From: Kiritimatiellia bacterium
Lineage (GTDB): Bacteria; Verrucomicrobiota; Kiritimatiellia; RFP12; UBA1067
Reading direction: 5' to 3'
Assembly (NCBI GenBank): GCA_016303225.1
Contig: JAEDMC010000002.1
Location: 1-39,173 of the forward strand
DNA: 39,173 nt
The notes beneath the pieces are model-generated. The model ran no database searches, was not told where the DNA came from, and saw only the letters and a list, made by a program, of their open reading frames with translations. The position numbers and the translations under genes are program-made. Below are positions 1-8,919 of the stretch, one piece after another. Positions within the stretch are counted from its first letter, which is position 1; each line of letters starts with the position of its first letter.

Positions 1-3000
1 TCGTGATGACGAGCGCCCACTCGGTGTCGCTCACGCGATCGATCGACTTGAACGCAATCGGATCCGGCTGATTGGTGACGACCGTCCATTGCGGCGTCTC
101 CGGCGGCGGAGGCGGCGGCTCAGCACCTTCCAGCTCGCCATAGACGTTGCCCTCCTTGTCCTCATAATAGCGGTTCCCCGCTTCGTCTGTCGAGAGAGCC
201 GTGGTCCACACGAGCAGGGTCTCGTCGGCATTGGTGACGATGCAGCCTGTTACCGACGAATCGACATCGCGGAAGAAGCGTGCGGCGCTCGGAACCAATT
301 CCAACGCCGGACGATCGGACTGAACCCGCCCGAAGACGTTGGTGTCAGCGTTAACGCCCTCGGAATGCCCGATTGCCCCGGTGAACTCGTTCGTGAGGAT
401 CAAATAGGAGAGGTCGGAAACATAGACATTGCACTCCCCTCCTCCTTCAGTGACATTGTCCACAACCAACCCGTCGCCCGAAACGATGAACAACGACTTG
501 TTGTCGATCTGCACGCCTGCGCCCGTCGTCGCATAGCAGTTGGAGATCACGCCGCCCTCGAAACGGAAAACCGAATTCGTACCAGCGACGATCACACCGC
601 CACCCGCGCCCAGATTGGAGTAGTTCTTGCAGTCATAAATTTCGGCGCCCGGACGCATGACAAGGTCGGCATTCCAAATTGACACGCCAGACACGTTACG
701 CGTGAGGTCGTCGGAACCTGACACGTTCCGAATCACCGTACCGGCCTCAAGCGTCAGCCGTCCGCGGTTCTCCGCGCGGAAGAGCGAGCATTTACCTCCC
801 TGCGCGTTATCCAGCCGCGAGCCGGTCACGGTCACGTTCGTCAGCGTCAACGCATTCCCCTGGCCGGTAATCAGGAAGCGGTTGTCGTTATCGCGGCCGA
901 TGCGATGCCCTTGTCCGTCAACAGTCACCTCTCCGTTCACGGACACCTTGTCGTCGTCTGTCGAATCAAGCATCACGTCCGCCAGAAGCGTCACGCGCGC
1001 AACACCGCCCGTCAGTCCCGCAAGCGCCGCCGGCAACTCCGTAAAATAGAGAATCTTGCCCGCGCGGTCGACCTTGATCTTACCCTCCGCCTCCGACACT
1101 TCGCCCGGCTCAAGTTTGGCGTCACCCCAAACGAGGCTCGTGCCGAAAGAAGACACATACGCCGCCGATCCGTCAACGTGGCAATCCGGAATCGTGTCAT
1201 TGACGAAAGCGAGCGCGGCGGATTCCTTATCGACATCGGCAAGGCCGTCTGCGAACACGGCCAACTCCCCGCCCTTCGCGTTACGCACCTTCGCAGAAGA
1301 GGAATACTGCACGCCGATCTTTCCGCCCACGAGACCGTCAGCGACCGTCAGCGGGCAAGCGGACGGATTGCCGGCAAAATAGGAATTACCCAGCTTGACG
1401 GAGCCGTCCGCACCTTGTGTGTTGCCGAAAACGACCGCCGCGCCCGACACCGCCATCTGCGCTCCACTGGTGACATAGATACCGCCGCCCGACGTCTTGG
1501 CTGTACATCCACTGATTGAGCCACCGTCAATTGTCGCCTTGGCCTTAGATGTCAGATAGACGCCGCCGCCGTTCTTTTCAGACGAGCACCCTTTGATGAA
1601 GGAGCCGTCCTCCATTGCAAAACTGCCTGCGACCTTCACCGCACCGTAGGTGCCGTAGGAATTCCGGATGTTGCTGAGGCCGGCGCCGTCCTGCATCCGC
1701 AGCTCACCTTCCTCGGCGACGCTGACAAAGACGTTGCCAGACCTCCCCGCCTCGCCGAACTGCGAAAAGCCGCTGAAGACGACGTTCGACAGCACGAGCG
1801 TCGAACCGCGCTGCACAGTGATCGCCGCAATGACATCGCTTGAGCTGCCGTCCTCACGCTCGGGCGTGATCGTCGCCCCGTTCTCGGAACGGATCGTCAC
1901 GTTCTTTGTCACATCCAGAGAGCATCCCAGCTGGCAATCGCGAAGCACGACGAGCTCCGCATCGTTGGTGACGAAGCCGATTGCCTGGGCGAGCGTGCGG
2001 AAGTTGACCGTCGTGTCGTCCTGCACGAGCTTGACGTCCGCCGCCGCATCCGGCACGTCACCGAACCCCCACTTGAGGTCGCCCGTGCCGTCATCGACGA
2101 CGCCCAGCAGAATGTCATTCCCCGCATTGACGAACAGATTGGCCCAGGCCTTCGCCGTCGTGATGTCGACGGACGCCGTGCCGAACGTCGTCCCCAGCGC
2201 CGACCCCGCGTGCGAAACCTTGTAAGCATAGGCACTGTCCAGCGGACCCGCGATCTCCAGCGATCCGCCGGCGACCAAGTCGACCTTGTCCAGACGCACC
2301 TTGCCCGCGAGCGCCGCCGTACCGCCCGCCTTCACCTGCAACGCCGTCTCGCTCGTCGCAAAGACAACATTTGTGAAGAGCACGCGGGTATCAGGAGCGA
2401 CAACGAGCTTCGCGCCCGATCCGCAGCTGATCGCCATCGTTTCCGGATCGGCCGCGGACGAGAAGATGCGGCAGTTGTAGTTGATCTCCCAGGCATCCGT
2501 CAGGGCGACCGGACCCAGGATCTCGATGTCGATCGTCTCACCCGCAGGCAACGTCTCCGAAAGATCGCCGGCGAACATCAGCGCACGAATGATCGACATG
2601 CAGGGGATGTCGTCGCCCCGCGAAGTCTTAACCCGCACGACCGGCTCGCCCAGCTTCATGTCGTTGCCCCAGGAGTTGCCGACTTGCGTCGCCTCGATGC
2701 CTTCATACGAACGGACGACCATGTCGTGAATTCCGTCATCCAGGATCAGCCCGTTGATCGTCGTCTTGTGCGTCGTCGTCCGGACCGCATGCACGTTCGA
2801 CATTGATGCGATCGCTTTGTCCTTGCTCGCATCGATGTCATAGTAGCCGACCGGAACCACCGCGCCGTAGACGCCGGTTGCGGACGACACGACGCTCGTC
2901 ACGCACATGCCCGTGCCGGCTTCAAACAGCCTGACCGTCGCCCCTTCCACCGGATTGCCGTCCTGATCCACCAACCGGCCGGAGACAATCGCCGACTCCG

Positions 3001-4267
3001 CGTCGCCCTGGGGGAAGATGTTGAACACAACCTCGTCGACAACGACAAATCCCGCCGTCTCCATGTCTGGCAGGTTGTACCACATGTCATACGAACCCGA
3101 CCAGCCCATATTCAGGTGGACAAACGGCAACGTCACCCACTTCTGCTGCGCGTTCTGAACAGTCGCATAGCCATAGCCGTCGCCCACGATGGCATGTCCG
3201 CCGACGCCTCTGACGCCCAGCAACACTGGATAGCCGGCATCAAAGTTCGCGAAGAGCGCGTTCTCCAGCACACCCTTGACGGCGGTAATCTCGGTCGCCG
3301 AGAATATGGCGGCGTTCCCGTAGCGGAAAACGTCCGTAAACGCCGCAACCGTATTGAACATGAACGCGCCGCTCTCCACGTTATAGCCCATATAGACCGA
3401 AATGCCCGCATCCGACGTCAGTCGACCGATGGCCGCACGCTGGGTGGCGTTCAGACTCACTTCTGCCGGGCGAAGCGGCATCTGATCCCACAAAAAGGTC
3501 TCGCCACTTGTCGTCAAGTTGGTCTCTCCGACGAACTCTGCAATGAAGGTCTCCGGATTTACCTCGTACCGCGGCTCAACGAAGCACGCGCGCGTCACGA
3601 TCTTGGCCGGCTGAGTCGGATACTGGTGATAGCGCATCAGCTGCGACATCGCCGTCGCCACGCACCCGCAAACAGCACGCTTGCCATTCCGCAGCTCGGG
3701 CGTGTAGTAGTTGTAGCAGTCACTCCCGCCGCAGGTGGACTGCGACCACTGCGACTTGACGAGCGCGTCCACACGCAGGTCGCCGTTGAAGGGGAACGGA
3801 TTAAGCGGATCAATTTCCGTCAGCGGCTTTTCAATATCTCCGCTCCCGGCCTGCGCAAGCCGCGTCCACGCGGACGCCGCCTTTGCCGGCTGTGCGTTCG
3901 GCGCAAGCCGCGCCGCCTTACGGGCCGAAACGTCGGCATTAAGGAGCGCCCAAAGCGGACTCTTCCGGTCAATCTCCGAAAAGTCATGGCTGTCGGACGT
4001 AAAGGCGATGATCGGATCCTGCTCCGTGTCGCCGGACAGAAAGACCGTGCCGCCTTCCTTCATCTTGACGGCGTAGAACAACGCCCCGTTTGTCGTGCTG
4101 TGCGCAGCGACTTTCTCGACACTCGTGCCGAGCTGAGCCTTGAACGCCTTCGCGCCAAGAGCTAACGCACGGGCAGCCGAAGCCGCCTGATTTTGCGATA
4201 CCGGCACTGCCTCGACGCCGCTAAACGCAAGCGCGAGCAACGCCATCAAAATGGCTTTACTTCTCAT
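1..4267 (-). CDS. Peptidase C10 (streptopain-family) cysteine protease with propeptide, fused to a CarboxypepD_reg-like domain and a long right-handed beta-helix region. The 3' end runs off the window (at least 1,422 codons). Absent from the supplied ORF track.
   Basis: I checked the minus-strand frame (codon low positions = 2 mod 3) triplet by triplet; it has no TTA/CTA/TCA from 4282 down to position 2. ATG at 4267 (alternative 4282) gives the signal peptide MRSKAILMALLALAFSGVEA. The C10 propeptide pattern is FYAVKMKEGGTVFLSGDTEQDPIIAFTSD. The catalytic Cys motif is QWSQSTCGGSDCYNYYTP...VCGCVATAMSQLMRYHQYP (compare SpeB GCVATATAQIMKYHNYP). The catalytic His is in GGHAIVGDGYGY, followed by HLNMGWSGSYDMWYNL. 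Next comes SGRLVDQDGNPVEGATVRLFEAGTG, then many G-rich helix turns (GGGVYLTS, GGGIYVTS, AGGGVIVAG), then a poly-Pro linker EPPPPPPE at about 98-121. The plus-strand ORFs at 89, 905, 2210 and 3116 share this codon register, as expected for antisense shadows. Confidence 0.85.
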   Translation of the reverse strand, partial: MRSKAILMALLALAFSGVEAVPVSQNQAASAARALALGAKAFKAQLGTSVEKVAAHSTTNGALFYAVKMKEGGTVFLSGDTEQDPIIAFTSDSHDFSEIDRKSPLWALLNADVSARKAARLAPNAQPAKAASAWTRLAQAGSGDIEKPLTEIDPLNPFPFNGDLRVDALVKSQWSQSTCGGSDCYNYYTPELRNGKRAVCGCVATAMSQLMRYHQYPTQPAKIVTRACFVEPRYEVNPETFIAEFVGETNLTTSGETFLWDQMPLRPAEVSLNATQRAAIGRLTSDAGISVYMGYNVESGAFMFNTVAAFTDVFRYGNAAIFSATEITAVKGVLENALFANFDAGYPVLLGVRGVGGHAIVGDGYGYATVQNAQQKWVTLPFVHLNMGWSGSYDMWYNLPDMETAGFVVVDEVVFNIFPQGDAESAIVSGRLVDQDGNPVEGATVRLFEAGTGMCVTSVVSSATGVYGAVVPVGYYDIDASKDKAIASMSNVHAVRTTTHKTTINGLILDDGIHDMVVRSYEGIEATQVGNSWGNDMKLGEPVVRVKTSRGDDIPCMSIIRALMFAGDLSETLPAGETIDIEILGPVALTDAWEINYNCRIFSSAADPETMAISCGSGAKLVVAPDTRVLFTNVVFATSETALQVKAGGTAALAGKVRLDKVDLVAGGSLEIAGPLDSAYAYKVSHAGSALGTTFGTASVDITTAKAWANLFVNAGNDILLGVVDDGTGDLKWGFGDVPDAAADVKLVQDDTTVNFRTLAQAIGFVTNDAELVVLRDCQLGCSLDVTKNVTIRSENGATITPEREDGSSSDVIAAITVQRGSTLVLSNVVFSGFSQFGEAGRSGNVFVSVAEEGELRMQDGAGLSNIRNSYGTYGAVKVAGSFAMEDGSFIKGCSSEKNGGGVYLTSKAKATIDGGSISGCTAKTSGGGIYVTSGAQMAVSGAAVVFGNTQGADGSVKLGNSYFAGNPSACPLTVADGLVGGKIGVQYSSSAKVRNAKGGELAVFADGLADVDKESAALAFVNDTIPDCHVDGSAAYVSSFGTSLVWGDAKLEPGEVSEAEGKIKVDRAGKILYFTELPAALAGLTGGVARVTLLADVMLDSTDDDKVSVNGEVTVDGQGHRIGRDNDNRFLITGQGNALTLTNVTVTGSRLDNAQGGKCSLFRAENRGRLTLEAGTVIRNVSGSDDLTRNVSGVSIWNADLVMRPGAEIYDCKNYSNLGAGGGVIVAGTNSVFRFEGGVISNCYATTGAGVQIDNKSLFIVSGDGLVVDNVTEGGGECNVYVSDLSYLILTNEFTGAIGHSEGVNADTNVFGRVQSDRPALELVPSAARFFRDVDSSVTGCIVTNADETLLVWTTALSTDEAGNRYYEDKEGNVYGELEGAEPPPPPPETPQWTVVTNQPDPIAFKSIDRVSDTEWALVIT

Positions 4268-4297
4268 GGTACTATTCCCCATTCAAACTGTCATGAA

Positions 4298-4306
4298 TTA
4301 TATCAA
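4298..4306 (-). promoter_or_regulatory. Possible extended -10 promoter element (TGaTATAAT) for the C10 protease gene
   Basis: The minus strand reads tttTGATATAATtcatgacagtttgaatGGGGAatagtaccATG. TATAAT lies at 4303-4298 with TG one base upstream, and a GGGGA Shine-Dalgarno-like box lies about 10 nt before ATG 4267. There is no good -35; that position falls in the uvrA stop region. Confidence 0.3.
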
Positions 4307-4316
4307 AAATGCGGGA

Positions 4317-7295
4317 TTAAAGAAACCTGCCGGTGACAGAATCTTTGCAGGCCCGGATTTTCGGCACCGGACCCTCGCAAACGAGATTTCCGCCCTTGTC
4401 ACCGCCACCGGGGCCAAGGTCGATGATCCAGTCCGCCGAGCGGATGACGTCGAGGTTGTGCTCGATGACGACAATGGTATTGCCCTGGTCACGCAGCTGC
4501 AAAAGGATCTTCATGAGCTTTGCGACGTCATCAAAGTGCAAGCCCGTCGTGGGTTCGTCGAGCAGATAGAGGGTCTTTCCCGTCGAACGCTTGGAGAGCT
4601 CCGTCGCCAGCTTGATGCGCTGCGCCTCGCCGCCCGACAAGGTCGTCGCCGACTGCCCGAGCGCAATGTACCCGAGCCCGACGTCGACGAGCGTCTTCAG
4701 CTTCCGCGCCAAGGACGGCACCTTCGCGAAGAACTCGTAGGCCTCGGCAACCGTCATCGCAAGGACGTCGGAGATGTTCTTGCCGCCGTAGGTGACCTCG
4801 AGCGTCTCCGCATTGAACCGCTTGCCGCCGCACTGCTCGCAGGTGACGTAGACGTCGGGCAGAAAGCTCATCTCCAGCTTCTGCACGCCGTCGCCCCCGC
4901 ACACCTCGCAACGTCCGCCCTTCACGTTGAACGAAAAGCGTCCGGCCGTATAACCCCGCGCCTTCGCCGCCTCGGTCAGCGCGAAAAGTTCGCGGATCTC
5001 GGAGAAAAAGCCGACATAGGTCGCCGGATTCGACCGCGGAGTCCGTCCGATCGGCGACTGGTCGATCTCGATCACCTTGTCGAAATGCTCCATGCCGGTC
5101 AGCTTCTTGAACTTGCCCGGCTTCTCCTTCGATCCGTAGAAGCGGTTCATCAGCGCGGGCTTGAGCGTCTCGTCGATCAAAGTCGACTTGCCGCTTCCGC
5201 TGACCCCCGTCACGACCGTGAACGATCCGACGGGAATGTGCGCCGTCACGTTCTTGAGATTGTGCTCGGAAGCGCCGGAGAGGGTGAGACAAGGGAAGGA
5301 CTTGAGACTTGAGACTTGAGACCCGAGACCTTGTCTTCCGTCTAAAGTCTCACATCCTCTCCCCCTAACGTCTTCCGTCTTGCGTCTAAAGTCCTCCCCG
5401 ACCCGCTTCCGCCCCGTCAGATAATCTGCCGTCAGCGACTTCGCCTTCAAAAGCCCCTTGAAGTCGCCCTGATACATGAGCTGCCCGCCTTCGCGTCCGG
5501 CCCCGGGACCGAGGTCGACGATCCAGTCCGCCGCGCGCATCATCTCCTCGTCGTGCTCGACGATGACAACCGTGTTGCCGCGGTCGCGAAGCTCCTTCAA
5601 CGTCGCAATGAGCCGCTCGTTGTCCCGCGGATGCAGTCCGATCGTCGGCTCGTCGAGAACGTAGAGGACGCCCGTGAGGCCCGACCCGATCTGCGTCGCG
5701 AGGCGGATGCGCTGCATCTCGCCGCCCGACAGGGTCGCCGCCGCCCGGTCCAAGGTCAGGTAATCAAGCCCCACGTCGATGAGGAACTGAAGCCGCTTCG
5801 TAATCTCAGTCAATATGTCGCGAAGAGCCGAGAGACGATTTGAAGGACTTGAGACTTGAGACTTAAGGCCCTGTCTTCCGTCTAAAGTCTCATGTCCTTC
5901 ACCCTTAATGTCTTCCGTCTTCCGTCTAAAGTCCTTTCCTCCCCCGAGTTCCCTAAAGAACTCCAGCGCCTCGCCGACCGGCATCGCCATCACTTCACAA
6001 ATCGTCTTGCCGGCGACCGTGGCCGCGCGGGAAAACTCGTTCAGGCGCGCGCCCTTGCAGGCGGGACAGACCCGGTAGCTCTGATACGCCTCGTACTTGG
6101 CCCTCGTCTCCTCGTCTTCCGCCTCCTCGAGCCGCTTCTGCAGAACCGCGAGGACGCCCTCGAACGGCTTGTCGACCGAACGCCACGGCAGCACGAGGTC
6201 GTCCTTGAACCCGTGCATCAGGTCGTGGCGGAATTTCGCCGGCAGCTTCTCGTAGGGCGTCGACAGCTTCACCCTGTACTGCTTCGCAATCTGCTCCAAG
6301 AGCGCGTTGTAGTACATGATCGCGTTATGTCCCGCCCTTCTCCACGGATGAATGCATTCGCGAAGCGGAAGCGACTTGTCCGGCACCACCAGGTCCTCGT
6401 CGAAATAGTAGAGCTGTCCCAAACCCCCGCACGTCGGACACGCCCCGAACGGCGAGTTGAAGGAAAACGACCGCGGCTTCAGCTCGTCGAAGCTGATGCC
6501 GCAGTGCGGACAGGCATTAAGCTCGGAGAAGGTTTGGGAAGTTTGGGAAGTTTGGGTGGTTTGGGAAGTTTGGGTGGTTTGGGTGGTTTCGAGCGTTTCG
6601 ACGTTAAGGACGCCATTGCCGACCTTGAGGGCAAGCTCCACCGAATCGGTGAGGCGCGTACGGTCACAGGGAAGGACCAGCCGGTCGACGACGACGTCGA
6701 TCGTGTGCGCCTTCTTCTTGTCCAGCTCCGGAACTTCTTCGAGGAGATACGTCTCGCCGTCGACCCGCACGCGCACGAAACCATCGCGCCTTAGCTTGGC
6801 GAAGACCTCCTCGTGCCGGCCCTTCTTGCCCTTCACGACCGGAGCCAAGATCAAGATCTTCAAACCTCCCAAACGTTCTATCGCCTCCACGATCTGCTCC
6901 GCGCTCTGCCGCGTCACCTCGCGGCCGCACCTCGGACAGTGCGGCGTTGCAATCGAACCGTAGAGGATGCGCAGGTAGTCGTGGATCTCAGTTACGGTCG
7001 CCACGATCGAGCGCGGGTTCCCGCTCGTCGTATGCTGCTCGATGGAGATTGCCGGCGAGAGCCCCTCGATCTTCTCGACGTCTGGTTTCGCGAGCCGGTC
7101 AAGGAACTGCCGCGCGTAGGCGCTTAAGGACTCGACATACCGCCGCTGTCCTTCGGCATAGAGCGTGTCGAACGCGAGCGTCGACTTGCCGCTCCCCGAA
7201 AGCCCTGTCACGACCGTCAACGAGTTGCGAGGAATCGTGACATCGATCCCCCGCAGGTTGTGCATCTTCGCACCCGTTATAACGATATCGGACAT
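4317..7295 (-). CDS. uvrA: Excinuclease ABC subunit A (UvrA), 992 aa, carrying three in-frame repeat-derived insertions
   Basis: ATG at 7295. GLSGSGKSTLAFDTLYAEGQRRYVESLSAYARQFL is nearly identical to E. coli UvrA as I recall it. Two Walker A motifs (GLSGSGKST, GVSGSGKST) and two LSGGE signatures are present. Zn modules are CPHCG..CPTCGG and CEVCGGDG..CEQCGG. Confidence 0.97.
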   Translation of the reverse strand: MSDIVITGAKMHNLRGIDVTIPRNSLTVVTGLSGSGKSTLAFDTLYAEGQRRYVESLSAYARQFLDRLAKPDVEKIEGLSPAISIEQHTTSGNPRSIVATVTEIHDYLRILYGSIATPHCPRCGREVTRQSAEQIVEAIERLGGLKILILAPVVKGKKGRHEEVFAKLRRDGFVRVRVDGETYLLEEVPELDKKKAHTIDVVVDRLVLPCDRTRLTDSVELALKVGNGVLNVETLETTQTTQTSQTTQTSQTSQTFSELNACPHCGISFDELKPRSFSFNSPFGACPTCGGLGQLYYFDEDLVVPDKSLPLRECIHPWRRAGHNAIMYYNALLEQIAKQYRVKLSTPYEKLPAKFRHDLMHGFKDDLVLPWRSVDKPFEGVLAVLQKRLEEAEDEETRAKYEAYQSYRVCPACKGARLNEFSRAATVAGKTICEVMAMPVGEALEFFRELGGGKDFRRKTEDIKGEGHETLDGRQGLKSQVSSPSNRLSALRDILTEITKRLQFLIDVGLDYLTLDRAAATLSGGEMQRIRLATQIGSGLTGVLYVLDEPTIGLHPRDNERLIATLKELRDRGNTVVIVEHDEEMMRAADWIVDLGPGAGREGGQLMYQGDFKGLLKAKSLTADYLTGRKRVGEDFRRKTEDVRGRGCETLDGRQGLGSQVSSLKSFPCLTLSGASEHNLKNVTAHIPVGSFTVVTGVSGSGKSTLIDETLKPALMNRFYGSKEKPGKFKKLTGMEHFDKVIEIDQSPIGRTPRSNPATYVGFFSEIRELFALTEAAKARGYTAGRFSFNVKGGRCEVCGGDGVQKLEMSFLPDVYVTCEQCGGKRFNAETLEVTYGGKNISDVLAMTVAEAYEFFAKVPSLARKLKTLVDVGLGYIALGQSATTLSGGEAQRIKLATELSKRSTGKTLYLLDEPTTGLHFDDVAKLMKILLQLRDQGNTIVVIEHNLDVIRSADWIIDLGPGGGDKGGNLVCEGPVPKIRACKDSVTGRFL
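5295..5395. repeat. Family-1 heptad-structured palindromic element, copy a, in frame inside uvrA (encodes EDFRRKTEDVRGRGCETLDGRQGLGSQVSSLKS)
   Basis: Sequence: gaaggacttgagacttgagacttgagacccgagaccttgtcttccgtctaaagtctcacatcctctccccctaacgtcttccgtcttgcgtctaaagtcct. The termini aaggacttgagacttgagac and gtcttgcgtctaaagtcctc form an imperfect inverted repeat. Internal 7-bp periodicity is visible (gacttga x3; cgtcttc/cgtcttg/cgtctaa). It is about 85 percent identical to copy b. Edges are approximate. Confidence 0.8.
5842..5935. repeat. Family-1 palindromic element, copy b, in frame inside uvrA (encodes KDFRRKTEDIKGEGHETLDGRQGLKSQVSSPS)
   Basis: Sequence: gaaggacttgagacttgagacttaaggccctgtcttccgtctaaagtctcatgtccttcacccttaatgtcttccgtcttccgtctaaagtcct. 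Pairing of the 20-nt ends gives 16/20 Watson-Crick pairs. The UvrA segment between EFF and RLQFL is 31 aa longer than in E. coli UvrA as recalled, which matches a 93-nt insertion. Confidence 0.8.
6532..6603. repeat. In-frame 9-bp tandem repeat (about 8 units) inside uvrA, encoding VETLETTQTTQTSQTTQTSQTSQT
   Basis: Units are gtttgggaa, gtttgggaa, gtttgggtg, gtttgggaa, gtttgggtg, gtttgggtg, gtttcgagc, gtttcgacg. The tract lies directly upstream of the CPHCG Zn module, in a loop that is about 12 aa shorter in E. coli UvrA as recalled. Confidence 0.9.
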
Positions 7296-7351
7296 TCCAA
7301 CCTAAGTTCGGCAGTTCAACTCGCACATAATCGTGAAACCACAGAGAAGAC

Positions 7352-8890
7352 TTATCCAATCTTGTTGAGATCTAAGGCTAAGAGGAACTCGGGGTTCGAC
7401 TGCGTCTTCTTGAGCGAATTGAGAACCGACTTCATCGCGCTCTCGGGACCGGCCGCCGCGAGAATGCGCCGGAGCCCCCACGTCTTCTCGAGTTCCACCG
7501 GATCGAGGAGGAGGTCTTCCTTGCGCGTTCCCGACTTCTCGATGTCGATCGCCGGATAGATGCGCTTGTCGGCAAGACCGCGGTCGAGCATGATCTCCAT
7601 GTTGCCCGTGCCCTTGAACTCCTCGAAAATGACCTCGTCCATGCGCGAGCCCGTGTCGATGAGGCCCGTCGCGACAATCGTGAGCGATCCGCCGCCCTCG
7701 ATGTTGCGCGCCGCGCCGAAGAAGCGCTTCGGGCGGTGCATCGCCATCGCGTCCACGCCGCCGGTGAGGATCTTGCCCGAATGCGGCTGCACCGTGTTGT
7801 ACGCGCGCGCCATGCGCGTCAGCGAGTCCATCAGGATGATGACGTCGCGCCCGTTCTCGACCTGGCGCTTCGACATCTCGAGCACCATCTCCGTCACGTT
7901 CACGTGATGCTGCGGCTCCTCGTCGAAGGTCGACGAAAGCACCATCGCCTTCGTGTTCCGCTGCATGTCCGTCACTTCCTCCGGACGCTCGTCGATCAGC
8001 AGGATGATGAGCATCGCATCCGGATGGTTCTTCGAGATGGCGTTCGCCATCTTCTGAAGGAGCACCGTCTTGCCGACGCGCGGCGGCGCGATGATCATGC
8101 CGCGCTGGCCGAACCCGATCGGCGTGAAGAGGTCGATGACGCGCGTCGAGAACTCCTTCGCGTCCGTCTCCAGGATGATGCGCCGCGTCGGAAAGGTCGC
8201 GGTCAGGTTCTCGAAGTGGACGACGCGCGCGGCGACGGACGGCTCCTTGCCGTTCACCTTGACGACGTTCCCCAGGCAGAAGAAGCGGTCGCGGTCGCGC
8301 GGATCGCGAATCGGCCCCTCGATGATGTCGCCCGTGCGGAGCGCGTGACGGCGGATCTGCTGCTGCGTCACGAACACGTCCTCCGGACACGCCAAAAAGT
8401 TGTTCTTCGCCGAACGGAGAAAGCCGTGCCCCTCGCGGACGATTTCCAGGCACCCCGACGCGATGACCGCGCCGCCGGCCGCCAGATACTTGCGGATCGC
8501 CGCGAAGATGAGTTCGTGCTTGCGGTACGTGCCGAGCTCCTCCGGATCGGCCCCAGGCATCATTCGCTCGACGATGAGCGGCGCGGGCCACGTCTGGATG
8601 TCCTTCAGCTGAAATTCGGGCAGGTCGGGATTGCGGTTCGGGTTCGCCGGCGCCTCCGGCTCGACGGCCTTCGGCTCCGTCGGCAACGGCGCATTCAAGA
8701 GCGGGTTCACCGACTCCTCGCCATTCGCTCCGCGCAAGGGCGAGTTGTTCTTGTTCTGCCCGCCGCCACGGTTGAATTTCTTGTGAAACGGCTTCTTGCC
8801 GCGATGCTGCGGCTGGGGCGCCCCCGAACCGCCATTGCCGTTCTGCTGATGCTTCATCGCCCCGGCGAATACGTCGAATTCTTCTGCCAT
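7352..8890 (-). CDS. rho: Transcription termination factor Rho (512 aa from ATG 8890) with a low-complexity N-terminal extension of about 95 aa
   Basis: Motifs: [15 protein letters not shown] (RNA-binding domain), Walker [38 protein letters not shown]. The ORF stays open up to 9130, but that part overlaps coaE and is R/G-rich junk. The ATG at 8890 (MAEEFDVF) lies 29 nt below the coaE stop. Confidence 0.95.
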   Translation of the reverse strand: MAEEFDVFAGAMKHQQNGNGGSGAPQPQHRGKKPFHKKFNRGGGQNKNNSPLRGANGEESVNPLLNAPLPTEPKAVEPEAPANPNRNPDLPEFQLKDIQTWPAPLIVERMMPGADPEELGTYRKHELIFAAIRKYLAAGGAVIASGCLEIVREGHGFLRSAKNNFLACPEDVFVTQQQIRRHALRTGDIIEGPIRDPRDRDRFFCLGNVVKVNGKEPSVAARVVHFENLTATFPTRRIILETDAKEFSTRVIDLFTPIGFGQRGMIIAPPRVGKTVLLQKMANAISKNHPDAMLIILLIDERPEEVTDMQRNTKAMVLSSTFDEEPQHHVNVTEMVLEMSKRQVENGRDVIILMDSLTRMARAYNTVQPHSGKILTGGVDAMAMHRPKRFFGAARNIEGGGSLTIVATGLIDTGSRMDEVIFEEFKGTGNMEIMLDRGLADKRIYPAIDIEKSGTRKEDLLLDPVELEKTWGLRRILAAAGPESAMKSVLNSLKKTQSNPEFLLALDLNKIG

Positions 8891-8919
8891 AGTTTTTAGG
8901 TGCACCTTCTTTCTACACC

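Noticed and set aside
89-4165. Series of plus-strand ORFs (89-682, 905-1519, 2210-2806, 3116-4165) offered by the track in the left 4 kb
   Set aside because: All sit in the register complementary to the unlisted minus-strand C10/beta-helix gene and translate to R/A/V/D-rich junk. The minus frame gives a coherent protease with catalytic motifs.
5295-5935. Possibility that the uvrA insertions are inteins, introns or an IS remnant
   Set aside because: At about 95 nt each they are far too short for an intein or a group I/II intron. They lack intein block residues (no Cys/Ser...HN junctions), encode no transposase, and are flanked by continuous UvrA homology. A small palindromic repeat read through in frame fits better.
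4251-8899. Long plus-strand ORFs (4251-5312, 5892-6794, 7736-8899) and the 429-aa minus-strand ORF 7302-8591, all overlapping uvrA or rho
   Set aside because: The plus-strand ORFs are codon-register shadows of uvrA and rho. The 429-aa ORF is an off-frame R/G/A/H-rich read of rho. uvrA and rho are identified beyond doubt in their own frames.
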